In this document: positions 26,433 to 37,310 of the stretch, piece after piece | How positions within the stretch are numbered: the stretch's first letter is position 1 | Layout of the letters: every line of letters starts with the position of its first letter | Assembly (NCBI GenBank): GCA_951406725.2 | Contig: OX597819.1 | Location: 89,714,001 to 89,778,000, forward strand | Reading direction: 5' to 3' | Length of the DNA: 64,000 nucleotides | Origin: Octopus vulgaris | Lineage: Eukaryota | The notes under the pieces: generated by a model | What the model saw: only the letters and a program-made list of their open reading frames with translations | The model's database searches: none | Told to the model about the DNA's origin: nothing | Translations under genes and position numbers: made by a program

Positions 26433-26916
26433 TTTAAGGTGGTGAATTGGTAGAATCGTTAGCATGCCAGACAAAGTGCTTATTGGCATTTCACCCACTA
26501 CTACATACTGAGTTCAAATTCCACCAATGCCAACTTTGTTTTTCCTCCTTTCAGGGTCAATAAATTAAGTACCAGTGGAATACTGGGGTTGATGTAATTG
26601 ACTAGTCCCACCCACAAAATTTCAGGCCCTGTTATTGTTACTATTATTGTTGTTGTTATTGCTGATTTTGTTATTATTATTATTAAGGTGGCGAGCTGGC
26701 AGAATCATTAGCATGTCAGGCGAAATGCTTAGTGGCATGCCATCCGTCTTTATGTTCTGACTCCAAATTTTGCCTTTCATCATTTTGGGGTCGATAAATT
26801 AAGTACCAGTTAAGCACTGGGGTCAATATAATCGACTTAACCTCTCCCCCGAAACTGCTGACCTTGTACCAAAATTTGAAACCATTATTATCATCATGAT
26901 TATTATTATTATTATA

Positions 26917-26963
<47 letters not shown>

Positions 26964-27150
26964 TATCATTATTAAAGTGGTGAGTTAGCAGAATCTTTAG
27001 CATGTTGGATGAAATGCAATTCTGCCGAGGTCAACTTTGCATTTCATCCTTTTGAGGGTTGATAAATTAAGTACCAGTGAAACATTGGGGTCGATGTAAT
27101 AAACTAGTCCCCTCCCCACAAATTTCAGGTCTTGTGCCTATAGTAGAAAG
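26130..27150 (+). mobile_element. Array of four SINE family B copies separated by (TTA)n
   Basis: Heads 'aagg(t/c)gg(c/t)gag.tggcagaatc' near 26132, 26436, 26684 and 26974; shared core 'ctttcatcctttc.gggtc.ataaa.taagtaccag'. Confidence 0.85.
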
Positions 27151-27189
27151 GATCATTATTATTATTTTGGTTTGGCTCAGGTTCGGTCT

Positions 27190-27407
27190 GATTCCTGGTA
27201 GGAATTATGTGAATAACAGGTTACTACCTGTAACTTTATGTATCCACAAGTTTTCAGCAGTTTTCCAAGTGCTTAGAACCCTCCTGGTAATTCTTGCTGT
27301 CTCCAAGAGACAAAATTTCTGTAGGAGCTCCACTGGGCATTCTATTTTAATCTCCTGCAGCCATTTGTCTATATCTTGGCTTACTGTTCCCAGTGCACCA
27401 ATTATTG

Positions 27408-27463
<56 letters not shown>

Positions 27464-28340
27464 GACGTCACACAGTATACAATATTGTTAAGTTGTTGAT
27501 TGAAGATACTGTGTCTACCGGGGGTTTGTACTCTTTGTCAAGTCACAACAAGGACCTCAGACAAACAGTACTTTATGCAATATGTGTGCAGTTCCAAGTA
27601 ATGCTAACTTTTGCAATACACCTAGATTGCAGGGTATTTCTAAAGTTTTCAGATGTTTTTTTCAGAATGGGTGGTATTGAATCCAATGCTCTGATGACAA
27701 CAGGGACAACCTTTATGCTTGACTCTCATAGCTGGCACATCTTGGTGATCTCAATTCTCAGGTCTCCATATTTATCAACCTTCTTTCTTTCATGCCAATA
27801 TGTTGATCTCCTGGCCTTTCCACGTCAATTATTAGGCACTCTTGTTTGTCCCTCCTAAAGGCTACTATATCTGGCCTTTGGTGCTCTAATATCTTATCTG
27901 TCTGGAAATGAAAGTTCCAGAGGATTTTTGCCTTCCCCTTTTCGTCCAGTACCTTATTATCATTCAGTAGTTTTATTTTTATAGCGTGCTTTCACTTCAC
28001 TACCGAGCGCAGCTCTGTGTGCCTTGGGTATGTGCTGTGATTTGCTGTGATGCTCTGATGGTTACTGTATTGAAAGTGTTCTGCGTAGGATGTGTGCAGT
28101 GCCTAGTAGTGCAATTTTCTGTATGTTATATGTGTTTGTAAGTCCTGGTGTTTTTGTTATGTATTTGTCTGAATATTTTTTTATCATGCTTAATGCACCT
28201 ACTATGATAGGAATTGTTTGTTTTTAGATTCCACATTCTAGTTACCTCTATTTCCAGGTCTTTGTATTTTGAAAGTTTCTCCATTTCTTTTAGAGACAAG
28301 TTGTCATCTACTGGTATTGATACATCAACTAGAAAGCATT
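27190..28340 (-). mobile_element. Three 3'-end fragments of R4/Dong-like LINEs (restriction-like endonuclease domain) in (TAA)n
   Basis: 'IIGALGTVS…LLQKFCLLETARITRRVL', 'ILWNFHFQTDKILEHQRPDIV', 'VDVSIP.DDN…KEMEKLSKYKDLEIEV…IIVGAL…IQKIALLGTAHILRRTL*'. Confidence 0.85.
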
Positions 28341-29718
28341 ATTGTTATTATTATTATCATTATTATTATTATTATTAAGGTGGTGAGCTGGCAGAAATAT
28401 GACTATGTTGGATGAAAATGCTTAGCATGACTCTCTTTAAGCTGTGAGTTCAAATGCTGCCGTGGTTGACTGTGTTTTTCATCCTTCTGGAGTCAATAAA
28501 ATAATGTACTGGATTGAATATAATCAACTAACCCCTTTCCCCTAAAATTGCTGGCCTTGTGCCAAAATAAGAAATTATTATCATTGCTATTGTTAAGCTA
28601 ACGAGCTGGTAAAATCATTAGAGTGTTGGAGGAGACACCACGTAGCATTTCATCTGTCTATTTACAGTCTGTGTTCAAGATTGACTCTGCCTTTCATTCC
28701 TGAATGCCTTTCCTGTCACCAACATTTTCTTGTTTACAAGCAATATAATATTTCCTCATAGCCACATGTGTTTTCCTTTTTTATGGAAGACTGGAAATGA
28801 ACAAATGACCATTGCTTGTACACTGGTGGTGCTCATTGACAATCATCACATGATGTCAAAACAAGAGTACAAACACACACACACACATACATACATGCAT
28901 ACATACACACATACATAACTACATGCATACACACACACACACATACATGTACACACACACAAGCAGTTCAAATGTAGAGAAACAAAACGCAGAGATAAGT
29001 GAGGGAACAACAAGCAGGTGTATTAGTTTGGTGTTCAGGAAGAATGGAAAAGTCTTCGACATTTTGAGCCTATGCTCTGAGACAGAAAAAATAATGAGAG
29101 GGAAAAAAAATGGAGAGAGTGAGAAAAAAAAAAATAGAAAACGAAAAAACATCAGAATTAATTGTTCCACATGTTGAAATACATATGACAGACTTCATTC
29201 AGTTTTCATCTATCAAGGCTTTGGTTGAGATGGGGCTATAGTAGAAGACATTTGCCCAAGGTGCTGTGCAGTGGAACTGAACCTAAAACCATACGGTTGG
29301 GAAGCAAACTTCTTAACATCACAGTCACACCTGTGTTTTTATCTTGTGGTATTTCAAGCTTTAAGTTCTAATCCTGGTATAGCAGGAAGAGAATATTATA
29401 TGAAATGGGTTTTTGGGTTTTATACAGGTGGTGGTGTATATGTTTACATTAATGTTGACACCATTGTGGTGAGCGTCTCTCTCTGTTCTGTCATAAGACA
29501 AAAGAATCTATCTCATGTTTCTTGTGAACTCTTTTTACAGAATATGAAAATATAACAATATTGACTGTGTGGTTAGAAAGCTTGCTTGGCAACTATATGG
29601 TTTTGCATTCAGTCCCACTATCTGGTACATTGGGCAAGTGTTTTGTTATAGCCTTGGACCAATTGATACCTTGTGGATTTGGTACATGGAAACAGCATGG
29701 AAGCCTGCATGTGTGTGA

Positions 29719-29764
<46 letters not shown>

Positions 29765-29775
29765 GTGTATATATA

Positions 29776-29900
29776 CTTTATTTAAAAGCAGCAGAAATAT
29801 AACAAAAGCTGTTACTCAGAGTTTCACGTTCCTGTTCATCGGACAGTTTTGTTAAAATGAGTAACAGCTTTTGTTATATTTCTGCTGCTTTTAAATAAAG
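29776..29900. repeat. Perfect 43-bp inverted repeat (Penelope pLTR-type) containing a hammerhead motif
   Basis: 29776-29818 is the exact reverse complement of 29858-29900; flanked by (TA)n-rich sequence. Confidence 0.9.
29810..29845 (-). ncRNA. Minimal hammerhead ribozyme motif, core CCGAUGA
   Basis: Minus strand reads UGU-CCGAUGA-ACAGGAACGU-GAAA-CUCUGAG-UA-ACA: stem I UGU/ACA, near-palindromic stem III, GUA triplet. Confidence 0.6.
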
Positions 29901-29993
29901 CATATTACTCTGCCTCTGGTATTTGAGTACTCTTTTTTCCACCTTGTTTCACATTCATGTGCTTACTCCGGTATGTGTGTGTATACATACATA

Positions 29994-30029
<36 letters not shown>

Positions 30030-30118
30030 CATATATATATACATATATACATATATATATATACATATACATATATATATATATATACATATACAAATAT
30101 ATATACATATACATATAT

Positions 30119-30169
<51 letters not shown>

Positions 30170-30788
30170 CCATGCCAAATCAGACTGGAATCTGGTGCAG
30201 CTCCCCACCTTGCCAGCTCTGGTCAAACTGTCCAATCCATGACAGCATGAACAGCAGACATTAAATGATAATAACGATGATATATATAGATATATATATG
30301 TAAATATTTGACCTCTTCCTTCACTTTTCTTACTGATCATCTTATTTCCTCAAACACTTATTTTGGGTTTTTAATTTGTTTTTTCTATTATGTTCTGGTT
30401 TCGCCACTCATTTCAAATTATATCTTCAGTGAGTTAACTTCCTAACAACAATGTAACCTTCATATAATTAAGACATCTTCAGTTTGAAGAGTAGCTAGCC
30501 GAGTACCCCTCACCGAGTAATTATTACATCAGAGCTAGGAAACATATGTAGCCTGAATTTTACCTGCATAGCAGGTATATTCATAACAACTCAAGTTGCT
30601 AACTGAACTATAACAAATTTTTCTTCAGCTTATTGAACTTCGATATGGGAAAAGTCTACAACGTTTGATGCCAACAAATTATTATTGTTTCTGAACGTTG
30701 TTTTTCATACCTACAACAGACTGCTCAAAGCTTACTAACTTTCTACAAATAGATCCTTGGATCTTATAACTTCATAACAGACCAGTAC

Positions 30789-30824
<36 letters not shown>

Positions 30825-32990
30825 AATGTGTGTCTGTTTGTCTATCCCACTGCTTGACAACCAGTATTGGTTTGTTTACATCCTTGTAACTTAGCAGTTT
30901 AACAAAAGAGACTGATAGAACTACCAGACTTAAAATATAAGTACTGGGGTGGGGGTGGGGGTGATTTGTTCCCATAAATCTGTCATGCCAGTGCTCCAGA
31001 AGGGCCATAGTCATTATTTAATTGACCCCACAAGGATGAAAGGCCAAAGTCGACCTTGGCGGAATTTAAACTCAGAACGTAATACTGTTAAACATTTCGC
31101 CCGGCATGCTAACCTTTCTGCCAGCTCGCCGCCTTACCATGTCCTATTATTGAAGTGATTTAAGATGGTGAGTGAAAGTGTGAAATTCTATCATCGTTAG
31201 ATTGGTATGAAAGGCACATGACTTAGTGAATAGAATATTCAGCTCCTGTTCATAAGGTTGTGAGTTCGATTCCACATTTTATTTCATGTAATTCAAAGAG
31301 CCAGCCTTGTCACATTCTGTGTCATACTGAATCTCTCTGAGAACTACGTTAAGGGCTCGCATGTCTGTGGAGTGCTCAGCCACTTGCACATTAATTTCAC
31401 CAGTAGGCTGTTCTGTTAATCGGATCAACCAGAACCTTCGTCATCGTAACCAGTGGAATACCAGTTAGATTCATGGTTTAGCTATTATTACCTATGTGGT
31501 CATTTTAAATCACCGGGTATTAAGCTGCCTACACAAATAAGCAAAACACCTATCGATTTATAATACAACCAATCACATCTTATGGTGGGTGTGATTGCAT
31601 GTTGGTAAACATAAAAAGCAAAAACAAACAAAAAACTGCCTAGGTTTTCACACCAAAATATAAGCAGGTTACAGAACATATAAGGTTGTAGTTTGATCTT
31701 TCTTCAGAAATGTCTTAATTTCAACCGAAGCTTTCTCTTAGATCATTTGCTTTTATTCCTTATCTCTCTTACATACACGATATGAGAAACAGCGCGCGTG
31801 CCCACACACGCATCGTTCTTATAGGTTGGCTTTTAATATACAAGAAACAGAAATTCTTATTTCCCTCTTTCTCTCTCATTCAACAGGCACAAATATACAA
31901 CAGGGATAATATAATAACTTTCTGATAATAAAATAACTTGAATAAAACATGTTGATTTAAGAAAATATTGATATCTTCTTTCATCTTTAATATTGCAGCA
32001 TTTCTCTTCTTTTCTGCCAGCATTTATTTCATCAATTTATTTCAAAACTGTTGAACCTCAACGTGTTATTTGAAGGTATAGATATAACCACATTTTTCAA
32101 TTGTTGCTACGAATTGGCTAATTCCTTATATGTCACACAAATAATCGCAGGAGTGGGTTGGAAACGTATTAATGATATCTATAGTTATTAATCTATTAAA
32201 ATTTACATTGTTTTGACAATACATGTTTTGCCAAAATCGTTTCCTCCAAGCGAGCAAGTTAAGTAGTAAGAGAGAAACAAAAAATTTCTTTTAATCTTTT
32301 GCTAAAACGCTTTTCATAATACCACGAAATGTATCAAAATAAAAGATAGCTAATTACCAGGAAACTTGTGCTAAGATATCTAAAACCATATTTCTAATAC
32401 TATACGTTGCTTATGTATTTCAATCAGTTTGAAAACAATTAAGAATTCGGATAAATTTAGCATTTAGGAAGAAAAACAACAGACTCCATTATGAAGCAGG
32501 TGTTTTATCATATTGAACAAAAGCTTCGAACATAGAATTATAAATGTTTTAAATTTCATTACTAACAGTTTTAAATGGAATGTTTTGTTCAAAATAATCA
32601 GCAGTCTCCGATGCGATGTTACTAAAAAAGGTTAATTTACGCTTCTAATACTCTTGGGTAAAGGCATGAAGATCACACAATCACATTCTCCTTTCCTTAT
32701 ATACATTTGTAGACTTTTGACGGAGAAAACAATATTTTAAAAATCAGTAATAAAGAAATTGAACGGGAAATATTTTGAGACAAACGTCCAAATAGTGAAC
32801 AGACTGTATGCACTATTTCTTTCCTATTTGGAAATAACTTTTGTTTATTTACCTTTATCATAATGTTCATATTATTTTCGACTAAGAATTACGAATCGTA
32901 CATTAACTAAATATGCCGAAACACAGCTGAATATTACAAAATCGCAACATAACATAACAGTATAGAAGTCCATTGAGGCGCTGAGCCGTC

Positions 32991-33003
32991 GTTGCCTAGC
33001 AAC
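32991..33003. promoter_or_regulatory. RFX X-box GTTGCCTAGCAAC
   Basis: Near-palindromic match to GTNRCC(N0-3)RGYAAC, about 110 bp downstream of the exon 1 donor of a centriolar-satellite gene. An ETS-like CGGAAG lies near 33049. Confidence 0.8.
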
Positions 33004-33115
33004 AGTCAGCTTACAAATTCCCTCTTATGCATGACTTCGTTCCGAAAACGGAAGCGAATAAATTTGAAATATAGCGAATTAGATGTGAATTCTATTTTGA
33101 TTATTGATGACTTAC

Positions 33116-33164
33116 CAAGATAGGATTCCGGACTGGAAGCAATTCCGTCGCTACTCTCTGTCAT
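33116..33164 (-). CDS. CSTPP1: CSTPP1/C11orf49 (UPF0705) orthologue, coding exon 1 (MTESSDGIASSPESYL+G)
   Basis: ATG at 33164-33162 starts 49 nt that end in a strong donor, TTG|GTAAGT. Phase 1 matches the next exon. The position and the 'ESYL' end resemble the human N-terminus (…DYEYL), recalled from memory. It lies in a CpG-retaining, promoter-like region with an X-box. Confidence 0.75.
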
Positions 33165-34108
33165 TGTGTAAACCGTACGGTAATACTAATTGTTCTTGTC
33201 AACAACGGTAGCAGTTAAACTAGTTATAGATATATGAAAAGCGTTAGATATAATCGACTGAAATCTATTTATAGTGGCCATATTGAAGAAGTATTAGCAC
33301 GGACTGTTCTCTAACATCGTTCGCATGGATAAAATTTATTTATTTTCGTGATGTTTTTCACATTGTACTTTTAACTTTATTCATTCCTATAGCGTGTAAT
33401 ATTGCTTTTCTGCATATTTCAATGATGTTTGTAGCCGACTAAAAACTGAACTTGCAGTCCAAATCGCTAATAGTATTTGAGTGGATTATATATATTTACA
33501 CTGTCAGAGAGTCTAATCAGTGGAATTTTTAATTAGTATTAATTAATTCTGAACTTAACACTAATTAAAGCGAAACTCAATCTGATTAAATTTTTTTTTT
33601 TCACAGAACAGCGACAGAATAATTGAACCCAACAAGTTTAATAAGTATTGTTGTTATTTGGAGGATAATTGGAAAGGCCATTAATATGTACAGCTATGCA
33701 AGAATTATGGTGAAATAGTGTATCCTTAATTAACGTTGTCCTACGTTTCAGCTCCTAATCCAAGTTAGAGCAGCAGGTCTCAATCTAACAAATACCAGCC
33801 AATCTCCATCTCAAATAAAAGGGAACAACCACCCCAACACCTTTATTAATAAGAGGACAGGATAAAGTTTGTATCCATAGCATTCTTCTTTCTTTGCAAC
33901 GATGTAGGGCAAGTTTAAAACCATCTAAATTCTTATAAACATGACAATTTGTCCACCTCTTTCCTGTCCGCACAACCAGTTTCCGAGAAACAGTGGGTTG
34001 GCGCCTTTTACGATGCTAATCATTGGAAAATGCATATATATTCCACTCCCCGTTTCCTGTTCTTCGTAAATTTATGCAAATAAAGACAAGTGCTAACATT
34101 ATTATTAA

Positions 34109-34810
34109 AATGGCGTAACTTCGGTATAGGTACCGGAAGTACCGGACACATTTCAAGAAAGTGTTTTTTTTTATATATATACTAGCAGTATCGCCCGGCG
34201 TTGCTCGGGTTTGTAAGGGAAATAACTATATAAGCATTTTTAGAGAGTTACTTCCCTTATAAATTCGGGCTTTCTTAGCCATTTTTGTTTTGGTGTCTTC
34301 AAGCCATGAAGTCGTTGTTCTAAAAGAACGCTGGTCTCCTTCACAACGCATTACGACGTTGATTTCTTTACACTCCCTTCCCCACAGCTTCACGAGGGAG
34401 GGAAGGGGGGGAAGCAAACAGGTGCAGCTGTGAGCGTGGACGCCAACTCCGCCGCCATCGACACACGATGCATTTTATGCATTAAAATGGAATAAAAAAT
34501 GATGTTAAATTATTTTTAAAATCATAGACTCATCGTTGACGCGCGCTAATAGTCAGACGGGCTCGATATGAATCACGACTATAAGATACCCGAATTTGGT
34601 TAAACTGCACCGCAAAATGTGGGAGGAGTTAGGAATCTAAATCGAAGGGGACAGACACTCACACAACTAGAGTTTTATATATATAGATATGGGGGTTAGG
34701 GTTAGGGTTTGTGTTAGGGTTAGAGTTAGGGGTGGGAGGAAAGGGTTTCTGTTATCTTCAGAAATGTAAACAAAGCCACTTACGGTACCTATACCGAAGG
34801 ATCGCCATTA
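34109..34810. mobile_element. MITE with about 32-bp TIRs carrying TTAGGG repeats; host of a Helitron
   Basis: 'aatggcgtaacttcggtataggtaccggaagt' versus the reverse complement of 'acttacggtacctataccgaaggatcgccatt'; degenerate (TTAGGG)n at about 34694-34731. Confidence 0.75.
34182..34687 (-). mobile_element. Non-autonomous Helitron
   Basis: Minus strand: A|TCTATATATATAAAA… start; 3' hairpin cccgagcaacgccggg, then CTAG|T end; inserted in AT with no TSD. Confidence 0.85.
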
Positions 34811-34999
34811 AGATAATAGACGTAAGCATTCTCTGGATCACAAGTCTTGATTTCGAATCTTGTTACAAATTGCGTTGTTTACACATATTTCTTTCAATAA
34901 AGCTTCATGACCATTAAAATATCCTTATTAATGTGAAAATTGAAACTACTTAAATGGCTATTACAACTGAGTACCATACTAAATGCCTTATAGAAATTA

Positions 35000-36183
35000 C
35001 TGTATTTGCCAGCGTGTAAGACACTCTCGTATAAGACACATCCCTATTTTGCAAATATATTTTGAGAGAAAGAAAAAACACCAAAGTAGGTTTCGCTTTA
35101 CAGTTGTTGAAAAATATGTTTCTTTATTACCCACAAGGGGCTAAACATAGAGGGGACAAACAAGGACAGACAAACGAATTAAGTCGATTACATCGACTCC
35201 AGTGCGTAACTGGTACTTAATTTATCGACCCCGAAAGGATGAAAGGCAAAGTCGACCTCGGCGGAATTTGAACTCAGAACGTAACGGCAGACGAAATACG
35301 GCTACGCATTTCGCCCGGCGTGCTAACGGTTCTGCTAGCTCGCCGCCTTCAGTTGTTGAAAAATATTTTAAAGTGGTTCTGTGAGGAGAAATGTATGATT
35401 CTGAGTAAGTAAATACAACACAGTGACAGCATACGAGAATAAAGTGTGAAACCATTAATGTATTATATGTAAACTATGATAAACCATATTTCAATTTTAT
35501 CTTCTTTCAGATCAGTTGTATAGTTTGGTCAGAGAATTGTTTTATAGAATATAAAACTCGTATTTTTGGCTGTGTGTTTCGTGTCACCGCAATTAGTCAC
35601 CAGGGTAGAGGACCACTGCAATGGTTTTATTGTTCATCCACAAATTGCAAATAGTTGGGAGGCGGATGAAAGTTTCCACATTCATTTCATATTTCTCGGA
35701 GAAATTTCCTTTTGATGATTAAAAAGTTGTTTCTTAAAAGTAAATACAATCATAAAATAATGTAAGACACGTGTCAAGTGTATGTCTTCTCTACACCATG
35801 ACAACTGTTTCTATTCTTTTGTTATACTTTATCCTCTCACCACCTGGCATAAATCCATCTACTACATTCTCATTTGTGCTTTTCAGGTTTTGCACGTAGG
35901 GGAAGGAGATATAATGTGATAATGCAACCTCTGCACACAACTGCCAACATACCGTAAGCAATCTTTTGTAAGTTTGAACTAACAAACTGATATTTTAGCT
36001 TGTTTTCAATATTTTATCATTAATAACCATTCTTTTGTCCAGTGGAGTTATACTTGCCTGGCTCCCTAGCCTACAATACTTGGTTGCCCATTCGTAATAC
36101 AGTCATATTAGACACAAGACAATTTTTTTGATAAATCTAAAAATATGAAGAAAAAAACCCATCTTATACGCCAGAAGATACAG
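35000..36183. mobile_element. pogo/Tigger-like non-autonomous DNA transposon
   Basis: TA-flanked TIRs 'ctgtatttgccagcgtgtaaga' / 'tcttatacgccagaagatacag'; repeated 'taagacac' subterminal motifs. Confidence 0.65.
35118..35349 (-). mobile_element. Young SINE family B copy with 17-bp TSD
   Basis: TSD cagttgttgaaaaatat at 35101-35117 and 35350-35366; CpG-rich tRNA-like head; near-identical to 58460-58679. Confidence 0.92.
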
Positions 36184-36499
36184 TAATTTTGCCTGTCTAC
36201 ATTCTGAATATTAATCCTGCTGCTAGGGTGACTTAGCCTTTCGTTTCTCCAGAATAGATAAAATAAGTTCTAATAACATATTGGTTTGATACAAAAAGTT
36301 GTCTTGCGTCTAATGTGACCGTATTACGAATGGGAGACCAAGTGTTGTAGGTTAGGGAGCCAGGCAAGCATAACTTTGCTAGACAGAAAATATCCTTCAC
36401 ATTAGTACAAAGAGCAGGAGTTTAAATTGAAAACTTGAAATTCGTCCAAGAATCACACAGACAATGACTGTACTAATCAAACTCAAACCAATATGGAGA

Positions 36500-37310
36500 T
36501 TTAAGAACATCATCATGAGCATCAAAATCCCGCGTGCACTGGTGCTTTCCACATTCCTGTACGCGCGCGAGATATAAGGCTCTTACGGCATAGATTCAGA
36601 GGAAGATACCGGCATTAGAAATGAGAAGCTACCGCAACATTTTAAGATTTTGTACTATGGGCGTAGGAGTGGCTGTGTGGTAAGTAGCTTGCTTACGAAC
36701 CGCATGGTTCCGGGTTCAGTCCCACTGCGTGGCACCTTGGGCAAGTGTCTTCTACTATAGCCTCGGGCCGACCAAAGCCTTGTGAGTGGATTTGGTAGAC
36801 GGAAACTGAAAGAAGCCCGTCAGATATATGTATATATATATATATGTATGTGTGTATATGTTTGTGTGTCTGTGTTTGTCCCCCCAACTTCGCTTGACAA
36901 CCGATGCTGGTGTGTTTACGTCCCCGTAACTTAGCGGTTCGGCAAAAGAGACCGATACAATAAGTACTAGGCTTACAAAGAATAAGTCCCGGGGTTGATT
37001 TGCTCGACTAAAGGCGGTGCTCCAGCATGGCCACAGTCAAATGACTGAAACAAATAAAAGAGTAAAAGAGTAAGGTTACATTTCGAATGAGCAGGTTCAT
37101 GAAACCACCCAGCATTACATTGGCTCCTGTGAAGATCTCACAACGGCATAGAAAAGAAAAGCTAAAACTATTTGACCATATAACAAGATCCAATGATCTT
37201 GCAAAAACTATTCTTTAAAAAAAACTGTAGAAGGGGAGAGGTGGACAGAAAACCTCAAGGAACAAGCGGGTAAATCGGAGCTCTGGCTCACTACTATGAC
37301 AAATGGAAGA
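36500..37310 (+). mobile_element. Decayed RTE fragment split by SINE A (36659-37072)
   Basis: 'LVLSTFLYAREI…IQRKIPALEMRSYRNIL' before the SINE; 'KLKLFDHITRSNDLAKTIL' after it. Confidence 0.6.

Noticed and set aside
34694-34731. TTAGGG repeats as a telomere or fusion scar
   Set aside because: Short, degenerate and enclosed within MITE TIRs.
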